Of a stretch of DNA of 64,000 bases, positions 1 through 13,934 are shown piece after piece (the stretch's first letter is position 1; every line of letters starts with the position of its first letter). The DNA is from Malacoraja senta (Eukaryota): assembly GCA_038087875.1 (NCBI GenBank), contig CM075996.1, positions 9,302,001 to 9,366,000 on the forward strand, read 5' to 3'. A model generated the notes under the pieces. That model worked only from the letters and a program-made list of their open reading frames with translations. It ran no database searches and was not told the origin of the DNA. A program made the position numbers and the translations under genes.

Positions 1-1198
1 CTTGATGGGCAATTCTACAACCATCTATCTTCCTAGTGCATCCTACTTGCTTCACTTCACCTTTGCCCATTATGCCTTAAATCATATCAACAAAAATGTC
101 TGAATTTGTCTGAAGACTCTTCATCTTATTCTCCTCCAATCTTTTTAGTTTGGCTGTTGGTAATCTCTGTGAATAACTCCTATCTTGGCTTAGATAATTT
201 ATCCTATGTTCTTGTAATGTGCCTGCGAAGATTCTACTATGTTAGAGAGAAAATATTAAATTATACTGAATTCCAATCTGTAATTTATTAGAATTCTTAA
301 AACAAATTCTACATTCCCGACTAAAATAATTTCCTTTACAATGACTAAATATTCCATGCCACACGTGTACACTTTTCTTTTAAAAGAAGTACTTCCTATT
401 TCTCTCCTCATTTATTTTGTAACTGTTTTAAATTTATAGCCCTTTTGATGCTGTCTCTATTGAGAGAAAGTAGCTGATGATAGTGAACCTCTGGAAGACT
501 GGAATGTGGTTAGCGTTGTACCGTTATTTAAGAAGAGCTTAAATCCTCTCACACTCTGCCAAGTCCCTGAAATTTCTCAAAAAATATGAGTTTGATTGAG
601 ACACGAGAACTGCAGATGCTGAAATCTTGCATAGAACACAAGCGCTAGAGTAACTCAGTGGGTCAGGCAGCATCACTAGGTGACATAGATAGGCGAAGTT
701 TTAGATCTGAAGAAGGATCCCGACCTAAAACGTTGCCTATATGTGTCCTTCAGAGTTGATGCCTGATCCGTAGATTTACTCCAGCACTTTGTTTTCTGCG
801 TAAACCTAGTTTGACGTTGCTTAGAGACATGTCATGGTCACCTGATGCACCTGTGGATTACCTAATGGATTCTGGTGCATGTTTTGCTGGTCGAGTGGGA
901 AAGGTTTGTAGTGTGGCAATGGGATGGTGTGGCAATGGGATTGTCCGCCACCTTGTTGACTGTCATGAACACATAAGCCTGAAACACATCCTGCCACCTT
1001 TAAGAAGAGCACTGAATAATATGTCAGTTAGAAAGAAAACGTGTTGTCCGTTCAATGTGAAGACAAACTGATGAAGTTTCAGGTTGTTACAAGAGAAGTT
1101 TTGAGTATTAGTTGGGACAGATTTCTCTTTCTAGAAACCGAGTTTTCCCACAATTGGCAGTATTGAACAAGGCTGCTTTATTCATCCTTTGCCTTCAG

Positions 1199-1259
1199 AA
1201 TACAACGTGGCCATATTTGTTTCCAACCAGATGACTGCAGATCCAGGAGCAACCATGAG
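1199..1259 (+). CDS. DMC1: DMC1 coding exon ([19 protein letters not shown])
   Basis: ccttcag|AA...ATGAG|gtaagc. Confidence 0.93.
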
Positions 1260-4200
1260 GTAAGCATGTGGTTCATCTTCAATCAGATTATATATCATCA
1301 TTAGGTGGAATAGAATAATATCTTTACATTTTATGCTGAATAAAGAAGTATGAGTTATGATTTCATTATATTAACTTTAAATGAGACTATGCTGGTTTCA
1401 CAAGGACACTTTCACTTTGGACATACTTGTTAGAGCAGGGAGGTTCTAAGAGCAGGGAGGTTCTAAGACCAGGGAGGTTATAAGAGCAGGGAGGTTCTAC
1501 TGCAGTTGTACAGGGTCTTGGTGAGACCACACCTGGAGTATTGCGTACAGTTTTGGTCTCCTAATCTGAGGAAAGACATTCTTGCCATAGAGGGAGTACA
1601 GAGAAGGTTCACCAGACTGATTCCTGGGATGGCAGGACTTTCATATGAGGAAAGACTGGATAGACTCGGCTTGTACACGTTGGAATTCAGAAGACTGAGG
1701 GGGGATCTTATAGAAACTTACACAATTCTTAAGGGGTTGGACAGGCTAGATGGAGGAAGATTATTCCCGATGTTGGGGAAGTCCAGAACTAGGGGTCACA
1801 GTTTAAGGATAAGAGGGAAGACTTTTAGGACCAAGATGAGGAAATCATTTTTTACACAGAGAGTGGTGAATCTGTGGAATTCTCTGCCACAGAAGGTAGT
1901 TGAGGCCAGTTCATTGGCTATGTTTAAGAAGGAGTTAGATGTGGCCCTTGTGGCTAAAGGGATCAGGGGGTATGGAGAGAAGGCAGGGATGGTCTACTGA
2001 GTTGGATGATCAGCCATGATCATATCAAATGGCGGTGCAGGCTCGAAGGGCCGAATGGCCTACTCCTGCACCTATTTTCTATGTTTCTATGTTAAAACGC
2101 TAACGTAAAAAACTTAGTGTGAGTATTATTTTTTGTTCTGACTAGTTTTATTTATGTTTTTTGGGTTTTTGAATGATGATAAGAGTCTGTTAACTAACAT
2201 GTATTATACAAACACATAAAGCTAATATTATGTGGGCAAATCCACACCTGTGATCAGTCAGCAGTTTTCATTGGACAGTACGGTGCCGGGGTATAGACCC
2301 AATTTATGTCAATGAGAACAGAAAAAAGTATTTGATGCAGGGATTTTCCAATGTGCTAAAGGGCCTGTCCCACTTTCACGACCTGTCACGACCATTTTTA
2401 CTCGTGGATATTTTTCATCGGGCTAGAAAAACGTCCCGACCTACTTGATGCCACGAGTACCCACGACCAGCATCACGACCTACCTACAATCTACCTACGA
2501 CCTCGTGACGACCATGCTGCGAGTATGAGTCAAGGGCAAACTCGGCAGAGGTCGTGAAAGTGGGACAGGCCCTTAAGATTTAAAGAGAGTGGAGGAGGAG
2601 ACGTATTCCAAAAGGGGTATGATAGAGAGGTCAGAAGGTCAGTTCAGGATAACATAGGCTAGTTTAGGTTAGTGATACAGTGTGGAAACAATGTGTAGGA
2701 AAGAACTGCAGATGCTGGTTTAAATCGAAGGTAGCCACAAAATGTTGGAGTAACTCAGCGGGACAACAGACAAAGAGTCTGAAGAAGGTTCTCGACCCAA
2801 AACGTCACCCATTCCTTCTCTCCAGAGCTGCTGCTTGTCCCGCTGAGTTACTGCAGCATTTTGTTGCTACCAGTGTGGAAACAGGCCCTTTGGCCCACCG
2901 AGTCATAGTCATAGAGCACAGAAAAACAAGTCCTTTGCCCCCCCCCCCCCCCCCCATCTGTTATCAAGCATCAAATTATACTAATCCTCCACTAATTCCT
3001 GCACGTATCTAATCTTATTCTCTTCTTATTCCTATTAACTTTCCCCATCCCCTGGATTCTACAACTCACCCATACAGTGGGGCAATTAAATTGTCACTGC
3101 GACCAGCTAACCTGCCAACCATTGGGAGATGAGAGGACATCAGCTCTCAACATTCCCATCAATCAAATTTATTTATCTTTATTTGTCTCTCTTTCACATG
3201 CCCAGCCCCACCCTCCCACTATTTATAGTAACCAATTATCTTACAGCATATCTTTGGAATGTGGAAGGAAACTAGAGCACCCACATTGTCACAAAGAATG
3301 TTTAAATTCCATACAGATGTATCTGAGAGCAGCAGAAAACATTGGTTGCTAGAGCTGAGAGGCTGCAGTACTAATTGCTGCCCCACAAGGAGCAGCAGAA
3401 AACATGCCTATATTTGTTGCAAGCACTAATTCACATTTCATGGTGGTTTCACAGCTTGAATACCTGAGCAACGTGTTACAATTATTTTCTAATGGATTAG
3501 GCTTACTTTAGTTCAGAGATGCAGCATGAAAACAAGCCCTTCAGCCCACCGAGTCTGCGCTGACCGGCAATCCCCGCACATTAACACTGAGGAAACCGAA
3601 GATCTCGGAGAAAACCCACACAGGTCACGAGTAGAACTCCATACAGACAGCACCCGTAGTCAGGATCGAACCCGGGTCTCTGGCGCTGTAGGGCAGTAGC
3701 GCTACTGCTATGCCACCGTGGCGCACTTATTAAATGTTCATTAATGTCTTTCCAAGTTTCCAAGCAGATCCAAAGAAACCAATTGGTGGTCACATTCTGG
3801 CTCATGCATCTACAACAAGGATCAGTCTACGGAAAGGACGGGGTGAACTGCGTATTGCAAAAATCTATGATAGGTAATGAGACCAAAACACTTAATGCAT
3901 GTACAGCACAACTGCTTTATCTGAACAATATGTACCGGGCTTCACTAGTGGAGTGTCGTAAACCACAGCAAACTTGATATCGGTAATTATGACCATGAAA
4001 CTACCAGATGCCAGAAAAAATCTGGCTGGTTCACAAATGGAAAGGGAATGTAATCTGCCATCCTTACCCTGTCTGATCTATATATGACTGGACTCATCAA
4101 TATAATTGACTCATAACTGATTCCCCTGTTCAAGGTCATTAATATCCTTTCCAGTGACAGGAGGTAACAAAGGAGCTTGTTTAGCCAGGGTAGTAGATGT

Positions 4201-4616
4201 TGTCTATATGGATTTTCGTAAGGCTTTTGACAATGCCCCACACAGTAAGTTGGTCTAGAAGGTTAAGGCACATGGAATCCAAGACAAGTTGGTTAATTGG
4301 ATCCAAAATTGTCTTAGTGATAGGAGGGAATGGTGGATTGTTGTTTGTCTGATTGGAAATATCTGAGCAGTGTGTACCACAGCAGTCGATGTTGGGACTT
4401 TGGCTATTTGTGATGTAATGACCTGGATGCAAATGTAGGAGATATGATTAGTATCTTTATCACATAAATATCTCAAAAATTGGCAATTATCTAAAGCTAT
4501 ATTAGGTTATAGATCAGATGGAAAATTGGATGGAGCATTGACAGATGGAATATAATCCTGACAAGTGCGAGGTCATGCGTTTTGGCAAGTCAAATATGTA
4601 GAACATATATGGGAAG

Positions 4617-4661
<45 letters not shown>

Positions 4662-7127
4662 ATGAGCTCATTTAATAAACATTATAGAATATCCTCCTTT
4701 ATTATTGCATTAATGAATTCCTTTTCAATATTGCAATGCCATCTCCATTTTTACATCCTCATGTTTGTCTGAAGATTCTCTGCCCCTGAAAGTTGAGTTG
4801 GTGTGATCCTAACCCTTCTTTCTGTCTTTATTTGTGATTGCAACCTATTTCTAGATGCTGATCAATGCTGTAGGTTCATCTGCTGTACCAATCAGACTAC
4901 TTGCATTAAATTCCATGACATAAGCTCATATAGGAACATAAACTCACATAAACTTTATCACCTTTATGTATGCTCTGTCCACTGGGCCAATGTCCACACT
5001 TGATAGTACCTCCCACCAACTCTGTCAATATAACATTCCCTGTCCAATTAATTTAAATCCTTCCCAAAAGTACGAGCAAACTTTCCTTCAAGGATGTCGA
5101 AACAAAGATGCTGGCTTATACCAAAGATGGACACAAAGTGCTGGAGTAACTCAGCGGGCCAGGCAGCATCTCTGGAGAAAAAGGAAAGGTGATGTTTCAG
5201 ACATTCTTCAGAGATGCTGCCTGACCTGCTGAGTTACTCCAGCACTTTGTGTTTACCTTCCCTCAAGGACGTTGAACACATTCCAGTCCAGCTTGTACAG
5301 TTTCTACCTTTTCCAGAAACTGTTTCAGTGATCCAGAAATCTAAAGCTGTCTCTCCTACACCATCTCACACGTTCACCTGGCCATACCTCAAATTCCCAT
5401 TATCCAGAAGTAGTCTAGAGATTACAAGCCATAGAGGCCTATTTATTCATGCGATGTCAAATTAATTTATGAGGATTGGATTACATTAGTTTTGAGGATA
5501 GATTGGATAGGCTTGGATTGTTTTCTTTGATGTGAGAGATGGGAGGTTTAATTGAGGTGTATAAAATTATGATGAGCTTTGAGTAAATATGTTTTTATTC
5601 TTTTAGCTAAGGGATCAAAAGCAATGCATACAACTTTAAAATTAATTGGTAGGAGGATTAGATGATAGATGAAGTGGTGTTTTCTCATCTGGGGAGTGGC
5701 ATGTTTCAGGTGTACATTTCCTGCACCTTTCACCACATTTAAAGGAAAGCTTCGATATTTACTGTGTCGTTACCTTTTGAACTAAGTTACTCGGAGGCTG
5801 AAATTACTTAATATAAAAATCTTTATTCATCTAGAGAAACAGACATTCTCCTGGAGACCCACTTGATGGAATCTCCAAACTCAAAGTACATCAAGTTTAT
5901 AAATGTTTTAAACACAAAAAGAAACAATTAACGACACTTTCGATGGCAGTAATCATCTACTAAGTGTTAATATTTTTTATTGTGGACCACTATCTTTGTA
6001 GAATTACATACTGTATTTATAATAGGAGCACACTGTGGCTGCCAAGGCACCTCTGAATGTTCCAATGTTGTTTGTTGGTTCAAAGTAATTTTTTAGATGG
6101 TCTACAAGCTTCTAAGGACAGGGAACCCGGGTGTCCAAAATTAGTGTTGTCAGGGCTAACTCTATCGAGTACACTATTATTAATAGACAGACAAATATTC
6201 TGGTGACCATTTTGATGTGCCAAGTGACATATTAGTCTGGTCTGGAATCTTCCTTCATCTCTATCATAATTATGTGAAATAACTTATAAGATGAAGATTC
6301 CATGGTTTATGTTAAACTAATTAACATATTATGTTGCTTCATATATAGTCTGTTTGGTTTGCAAAGCAGTCCTTTTGATTTCAAACTGATTACTGTTTGC
6401 AATGTGTTTCAGGACAAATATTCTGAAGACTAGTTCTTGTTTTGGATTAATGGCTGCTGCTTCCACACAATTTTATAACCCTTGAATAATCCATAATATG
6501 CTGGATCACAGCCCTGCAGAATGTAGCATGTTAGGTGTAGAAAGGAACTGCAGATGCTGGTTTACACTGAAGATAGACACAAAATGTTGGAGTAACTCAG
6601 CGGGACAGGCAGCATCTCTGGATAGAAGGAATGGGTGACATTTTGGGTCGAGACCCTTCTTCAGGCTGAGAGACAGGGGAGAGGGAGACACAGAAATAAG
6701 GAAGGGTAAGGTGTGAAAATGAGACATCAAAGGGGATTGGGTTCATGGAAAATGTAGAATAGATCATTGTCAGCTATGAGGAAGCTGACACTGAAGCATA
6801 CAGAGATAAAATGTTGTGATTCCACAATGCAAGAAAATGGTTGAAGTGACGTATGCATTTTTTAAAGAGAATCTAAAAACTGCAGGATGAGAAGAAGATA
6901 CTAATAGGTCGATGAGATAAAATTAGCTGTGAGAGGCTTGTATGGAGCAAACTGGCATAAAAGAGCTGGATTAACGCCCATTTTTTGTGTTCTAAATGCA
7001 ATGCAATAATGACTTATTGCCCTTTATTTAAAGTTTTTTTTTTCCCTTTGTTCACAGCCCAGATTTACCAGAGAACGAAGCCACCTTTGCCATTACTGCT
7101 GGAGGGATTAATGATGCAAAGGAGTGA
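1199..7127 (+). CDS. DMC1: Meiotic recombinase DMC1, 3' part: join(1199..1259,3757..3873,7058..7127); 5' exons lie upstream of the window
   Basis: Spliced translation (E)[81 protein letters not shown] matches the DMC1 C-terminus; GT-AG boundaries are phase-consistent. Confidence 0.96.
1431..2093 (+). mobile_element. CR1 LINE 3' fragment (DMC1 intron)
   Basis: [18 protein letters not shown]...RRLRGDLIE; 3' tail (TTTCTATG)n. Confidence 0.9.
2360..2573. mobile_element. Harbinger/PIF-like MITE
   Basis: TIR AGGGCCTGTCCCACTTTCACGACC at both ends; TAA duplication at 2357-2359 and 2574-2576. Confidence 0.8.
3500..3725 (-). mobile_element. tRNA-head SINE
   Basis: Minus-strand GGCATAGCAGTAGCG...CCGGGTTCGATCC (A and B boxes); same family as copies at 23543 and 34200. 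Confidence 0.7.
3757..3873 (+). CDS. DMC1: DMC1 penultimate coding exon ([38 protein letters not shown])
   Basis: tttccaag|T...GATAG|gtaatg, 117 nt. Confidence 0.95.
4619..4658. repeat. (TA)n microsatellite
   Basis: Read directly. Confidence 0.95.
7058..7127 (+). CDS. DMC1: DMC1 last coding exon ([22 protein letters not shown])
   Basis: Long pyrimidine tract, ttcacag|C, TGA at 7125-7127. Confidence 0.95.
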
Positions 7128-7336
7128 GACATCCAGAACAGAGATGAGCACAGCATTTTAAGTTTCCTGAGTACTGGTGAAGAGACAGCTGTTTTGAAGT
7201 TATTGTTTAATTATTAAAGTTTAGAAAAAGATAGCTGTGAAAGATCCAGATTTTTGTGGAACAATGTATGTTTTGATATCAATCCTATATTTTATCTCTA
7301 AACTCAAAAAAGATTAGGCACTCTAAAAATTTTGGG

Positions 7337-7342
7337 AATAAA
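7337..7342 (+). terminator. Candidate DMC1 polyadenylation signal AATAAA (others: ATTAAA 7213, AATAAA 7483 and 7874)
   Basis: Hexamer downstream of the stop codon; the site actually used cannot be determined. Confidence 0.35.
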
Positions 7343-9923
7343 TCCCATTGGGATAGAGGCTATGACAATATTGACAAATAGGTAGAACTAGTAAGTCTTT
7401 ATTGATATTGCATGCAGAGTGGCAAAATCTGAGTTCAATGGAATTGCAGAATGAGGTTTAATTGTATGAAAACATGGCATGAAATAAATACACATATCTT
7501 TTGTGTTTTTAGTGTAGGTAGAGGTGTACAATGCAACAAAGGAAGAGATAGTTTGCAATCTGATGGGATTACAAAATCAATTTACATTCTCTGCACAGAC
7601 ATAGAAGGGCATATTTAATATTTATTTGACTTTATAAATATGTATAGCTTAATGTTACAGAAAGCACTTACCGGTAAAGAGTAACTTACCGGTAATTCAG
7701 GTATCCCGTTCCTTCATAATTTCTGATTTACCGCATTCTCAGCAGCAAAGCATGCAACACAGAGGGAAAGCCTTTGTAGTTTCTGTAGTAGATAGATATT
7801 GATAAGCAGCTCGAACTCAATTGAATCTTGTGGAGATTTTCTTATCAAATATCTGTTAATGCACTCTTAATGTAATAAATCTATTCGCTATGCTAAGCTA
7901 ATGATAAACATGCAGTGTGAATTCTATAAAAATGATGCTTAGCTGAAAGAGAATTAAATTTTAGATTCAAATGATCATCAGGAAGTCATAGAATTGTGCA
8001 GCGTAGAATGAGTCCTTCAGCCCAATTCGTCCATGCCAACCAAGGTTCTAAGCTAGTTGGTGAACATGATTTTAAAATTAGTGAGTGAAATCTTTCTAAA
8101 CAAGGACTGCCAACCAGAATCACCACTCACACTTTCCCCTTGTCTTTCTTATTATTTATTTATTTATTATCTTATTTAGATGCATAGGAGGCGATCTTAC
8201 TGGTCTTCTGAACCCCGCAGGCTTCCCATGAGGCGTGAGGAGGCATCAGGAAATGCCTCTGGCGGGTTTTGACAGAAGGCATACCTGAGGCACGGCTTCA
8301 TTTTTCAAAGCTGCTCAGGAACCTCACAGCTTTTAAACGTTTCTGTCCCTTTATCAGAGGTACATATACTCAGTGTCAAACCATTATTAACATTAAAGAC
8401 AAATGATTGTGTTTTAAGCCACTTACATTTCCCATTCCGCATTCAAATGAGTCTTGGCACTCATTCATTGCGGCAGCATCTGCCCACAGTTGGCCCCGGA
8501 TTACTTCAGTGCAAATGGTTGGATGCTGGCAGTTTTCCCTCAGAATCTTTCACAATGAATTTGGCCCATTTGGACTTTTAGCTTGGATTATAATGTAATT
8601 CTCTCACACTCCGTTATTCAGTAAACCAATTTGCTGTCCCTTCATCTAGCTTCTACATTATTTTTCAGTTTTGACACTGGTCACACTAATAATCAACACA
8701 CAGCAAAATTGGTGTACTTATATGTGACAGCTTGTACCAGATCCTAGTTTCATGCTGATGCTGTAATTGCTGTGAGTTATACTTGTTTGTGCAATTGCTT
8801 TCGTTCATCACTAAGAGCGTAGAGCATGGGTAATAGCTGGAATGTTTTAGATTTTGTTTGAGTCTCTGAAGGATAATAGCAAAGCCAAACTGAGATCATT
8901 TTGTTTTCCTGATAGATGATTTCAAAAGTAGAGTTAGAAATCAAACTGCTAAATTGCTATTTCCAGAATGTTGAATTGATGAATTTATAGTTTTTATTAG
9001 ACAGCGTTCTTCATCTGTAACTCTTTGAACAGAGGAACAGAACAATGAGTAATCTATTAATGTGTATAAGATCATTAAAATAATATATAACAGAGATATC
9101 ACATCTTTCTTCAACTCTGATGTATTTTAATTGCAACAAATTTAAGCGACTGTATCCCTTTTCTATGGATGTTGAAAACGTCTAAATTTACAAAATTAAT
9201 ATCCAATGTTGCCTCTGACTGTGCACTCACGGATTAAACTTAATTACTGTTGGCTTTTTTTCAAACCTTCAAGTTAATAAAAAATAAGAACAGGAAAAGA
9301 CCATTTAACCAAGAAAACATTTTTTTGTCTATATTGTTAAAATAATTACAGTGATCTCTTTTTTCTCTCTCTTTCATGAGAAACAATTGGAGGTTGTGTG
9401 CATCTCAAAGCAGCTCAAAACTGCACATTGCTTCATAATTGGTTTCACGTCATGTGATGTTCAACTAAAACTTACTGAGCATCTTCATGCTTTATAATCA
9501 ATAAATCTGAGTTAATATTTGATGTTATAAAGGCCTTGGGTGGTCTGATTAGATTACTATTATTTTATATGTTGATGATACTGAAGCAAGTGATGGAAAT
9601 AGGCCCTTCAACCAAACTCATCCATGTTGACCAACATGCCCATCTACCCTAGTCCTATTTGTCTGTGTTTGACCCTCTAAACCTTTCCTATCCATGTGCC
9701 TGTTTAAATTTATTTTAAATGTTGTTATTGTACCTGGCTCAACTACCTCCTGCATCAGCTCGTTTCACATATGCACCACCCTCTGTGTGAAAAAGTTGTC
9801 CCTCAGCTTTCTCTTAAATCTTTCCCCTTAAATCTATGCCCTCAAGTCCTTGATTTTCCAACCCTCGTGATTTTATACACCTCAAAAGATCATAACCTTG
9901 GTCTCCAACACTCCCAACGAACA

Positions 9924-9959
9924 AGGTCTGAAGAAGGGTTTCGGCCCGAAACGTTGCCT
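9924..9959 (+). ncRNA. Minimal hammerhead ribozyme motif in a Penelope-derived short repeat
   Basis: AGGT-CTGAAGA-A-GGGT(TTCG)GCCC-GAAA-CGTT-GCCT; stems I and II pair, stem III is palindromic. Confidence 0.65.
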
Positions 9960-12124
9960 AATTCATTCGCTCCATAGATGCTGCCTCACTTGCTGTGTTT
10001 CTCCAGCATTTTTTACTACCTCCTAGTCCATTATCTCCCTATAATTTAGCCCTGGCAACATAAATCCTTTCTGCATTCTTTCCTGCTTAATGGTATTTTC
10101 ATATTAGCAGGTTTACCAAAAGTGAACACTGTATCCCAAGGTCAGTCTCACCGATGTCCTGTGCAGCTGCAACATTACATCCCAATATGCCTTTATTGAT
10201 GTAAAGCTCCAGCATGCCAAGAGCGTTTTTCACCATCCTGTCTACATGTGACACCACTTTCAGGGAACTATGTACTTCTTCTCCCTCTGTTCTCGAACAT
10301 TTCCCAGGGCCCGTTCCCTGTGAAAGTCCTACCTTGGTTTGACTCTCCAAATGCAATTGCTTGCACTTATCTCAATTAAATTCCATTGGCCATTGCCCAG
10401 ATGATCGGATCCTTCAGATGTCTGAAGAAGGGTCTCGACCCGAAATGTCACCCATTTCTTCTCACCAGAGATACTGCCTGTGCCGCAGAGTTACTCCAGC
10501 TTTTTGTGTCTTACTTCAGATGTTACTTTTGTTACATTATAGTTCCTTGGAAATGTAATAAGAACATAAAAAATAAATGTAAAAAATAGACTAAATAATA
10601 GGACTGAGAGTAAGCCATTGAAGACTTCAATCTGCTTCACCAATTAGAGTGGAATGGTATGCTTGCCTTCATGGGTCGGGGGATTGAGTAAAAGAGTCAG
10701 GAAGACATGATGCAGCTTTGCAGGACTTTGGTTAGGCGCATTTGGAGTATTTCACACAGTTTTTGTCGCCCCATTACAGAAAGGGTGTGGAGGCTATAGA
10801 GAGGGCGCAGAAGAGGTTTACTAGAATGCTTTCATTTCATTTATTTATTGTCATTCGATTAAAACATTCTTCTACATGAATCATGAACGAAATTTGTACT
10901 CGGGTCCGAGCAGCGTAATAGTGCAGTAGTGGACTTTAGAGTTTTAACTATTTGGGAAGGTACAACAAACTTGAATTGTTTTCTCTGGAGCTTCAGAGGC
11001 TGAGGAGAGACCTGATAGAAATATATAAAATTATGATAGGGTAGACAGTCAAACCTTTTTCCCAGGGTTGAAATGTAAAAGACTAGACGGCTTGGCTTGA
11101 AGGTGAGAGGGACACCATTTTTACAGAGGGTGGCGGGTGCCTAGAACGCACAACAAGGGGTGGTGGTGGAGGCAGATACAATAGTGGCATTTAAGAAACA
11201 TATATATATAGGGAATGGAGTGGTATGGATCATATGCAGGCAGATGTGATCATGTGTCATGGTATTATGCTTAGCACAGAGTGTGGGCCGAAGGGCCTGT
11301 TCCTGTGCTGTACTTTACTATGTTTTATCTGGTTGTAACCTCAATTCCACATTCCTGTCTACCCATTGTAATCGTTCACCCAATTACTTATGAAGAATCC
11401 ATCACCTATGTTCAAAGACTTTGCTTTGGGCCCTTTGAGGAAGAGAGTTCTAAAGACTTCCAAACCTCAGAGGGAACCCCCCCCCCCCTAATTTCTGCAT
11501 TGAATCCTTTGTTTTTAAACAGAACCCCCCCCCCCCCCCATTCTAGTTTCTTCCACAAAGAGGAAACTGCCTCAAGACCGGTCAAGATCTCTTCATGTCT
11601 CAGCGCTGTATTTTTAAACTAAACTAAAAATTAAGTCCCAATGCACTTTTCTGAACACCAGCAGATGCAAATTAGCCTGTCTAACCTTTACTCATAAAAC
11701 AAGCCACCCATTCAATGTATTTGTTTAGTCAACCTTCTCTGAACTACATCCAATGTTTCAATTTCCTTCCTTAAATAAAACCAATAGTATTCCAGATTTG
11801 ACCTCTTAAAAACCCTATAGACAGAACACATCCTCCCTGTTTTTTAATTCAAATTCCCTAGCAATAAACAATAATATTCATTAATCTTTGTCTTTTCCTT
11901 ATTTGTGTACTTTCAATGTTTTGTATCTTTTGCCTGTTGGTGGAGGGGGAAGAGAGAATCAGCAGTCCTTGATATTATTGGTTGCTTTCCCAAGACAACG
12001 TGAAGTGCAGATGGATATAGAGACTGTTTTGCATGATCAATTGGACTGCATCCACGACTCTGCAGTTTCTTGCTGTCTTGGGCAGAGCAGTTGACATGCT
12101 AAGCTGCGATGCATCCCAATGGAT

Positions 12125-13180
12125 AATTGACAATATGTGCAGGAGTAGGCCATTCGGCCCTTCGAGCCAGCACCGCCATTCAATGTGATCATGGCTGATC
12201 ATCCCCAATCTGTACCCCGTTCCTGCCTTCTCCCCATATCCCCTGACTCCGCAATCTTTAAGCCCTATCTAACTCTCTCTTGAAAGTATCCAGAGAACCG
12301 CCTCTGAGCCAGAGAATTCCACAGACTCACAACTCTCTGGGTGAAAAAGTGTTTCCTCGCGTGCGTTCTAAATGGCTTATCCCTTATTCTTAAACTGTGG
12401 CCCCTGGTTCTGGACTCCCCCAACATCGGGAACATGTTTCCTGCCTCTAGCGTGTCCAAACCCTTCATAATCTTATATGTTTCAATAAGATCCCCTCATC
12501 CTTCTAAACTCCCGAGTATACAAAAACCCAGCAGCTCCATTCTCTCAGCATATGACAGTCCCGCCATCCCGGGAATTAACCTTGTAAACCTACGCTGCAC
12601 TCCCTCAATAGCAAGAATGTCCTTCCTCAAATTAGGGGACCAAAACTGCACACAATACTCCAGGTGTGGTCTCACTAGGGCCCTATACAACTGCAGAAAG
12701 ACCTCTTTGCTCCTTTTCTCAACTCCTCTTGTTATAAAGGCCGACATGCCATTCGCTTTCTTCACTGCCTGCTGTACCTGCATGCTTACTTTCATTGACT
12801 GATGAACAAGAACCCTCAGATCCCTTTGTACTTCCCCTTTTCCAAACTTACATAGATACATAGAAAATAGGTGCAGGAGTAGGCCATTCGGCCCTTCGAG
12901 CCTGCACCGCCATTCAATATGATCATGGCTGATCATATTGACACCATTTAGATAATATCTGCCTTCCTGTTTTTGCTACCAAAGTGGATAACCTCACATT
13001 TATCCACATTAAACTGCATCTGCCCACTCACCCAACCTGTCCAAGTCACCCTGCATTCTCATAGCATCCTCCTCACAGTTCACACTGCCACCCAGTTTTG
13101 TGTCATCTGCAAATTTGCTAATGTTACTTTGAATCCCTTCATCTAAGTCATTGTTGTATATTGTAAATAGCTAATCTCCT
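12125..13180 (-). mobile_element. CR1 LINE 3' fragment with a nested short CR1 tail (about 12851-12936)
   Basis: RT C-terminal ORF pieces ([20 protein letters not shown]) and CR1 3' UTR. Confidence 0.85.
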
Positions 13181-13934
13181 ATGTGGGACCTTATCAATAG
13201 GATGTTTTTTTATGGTATATCTGAAGGAATTGAGGATTTGCCAAGTTTCCTTGGTCTTCTGAGGAAGTAGAGGCATTTGTATACTTGGCCATATCGTCGA
13301 TGAGTTTGGACAAATTGTTGTCCATATATAAACCAAGGAACTTGATATTCTTGACCATCTACATTTCAGCACCATTGATGCTGATTCTCCACCCTGCTTC
13401 CTGAAGTTGATTACTAGCTCCTTTGAGTTGCTGATATTGAGGGAGATTTTATTGCCTTGTCATCATGCTACGAAGCTCTCAATCTCCCCTTCCTGTATTA
13501 CGTCTCGGCATTATTAAGATCTGGCTCACTTTGGTGGCGTCATCTGCAAACTTGTAAATAAAGTTGGAGCACAGTTGTGAGTGCATAGGGAGTATAGTTA
13601 AGCTGGAGATGCAGCTTTACGTAGCGACGGTGTTGAGAATTATCATGGAGGATTTTTTGATGCTTATCCTTAAGATGAGTAGGGCATTGGCAGATAGAAT
13701 TCAATTCTGATAGATGCACTGTGATGCATTTTGAAAGGATGAATAAGGGTAAGGCATACACAATGGGGTCCTTTTTGTGTTGAGAAACAGGGACATTGGA
13801 CTTCAAGTCCAAAGATCCTTGAAAATGGCAACACAGGTTGGTAAAATGGTGAAGAAATCTTACAGTATACTTGCTTTCAATAGCTGGGGCACAGAATATA
13901 AGAGCAAGGAGATTATAGTACAAAGTGAGAAGGT

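Noticed and set aside
7668..7695. Two TTACCGGTAA palindromes 18 bp apart
   Set aside because: Short local duplication; no supportable function
8420..8700. Possible minus-strand exon ending in a GTAAGT donor
   Set aside because: The frames I translated contained stops and no recognisable protein
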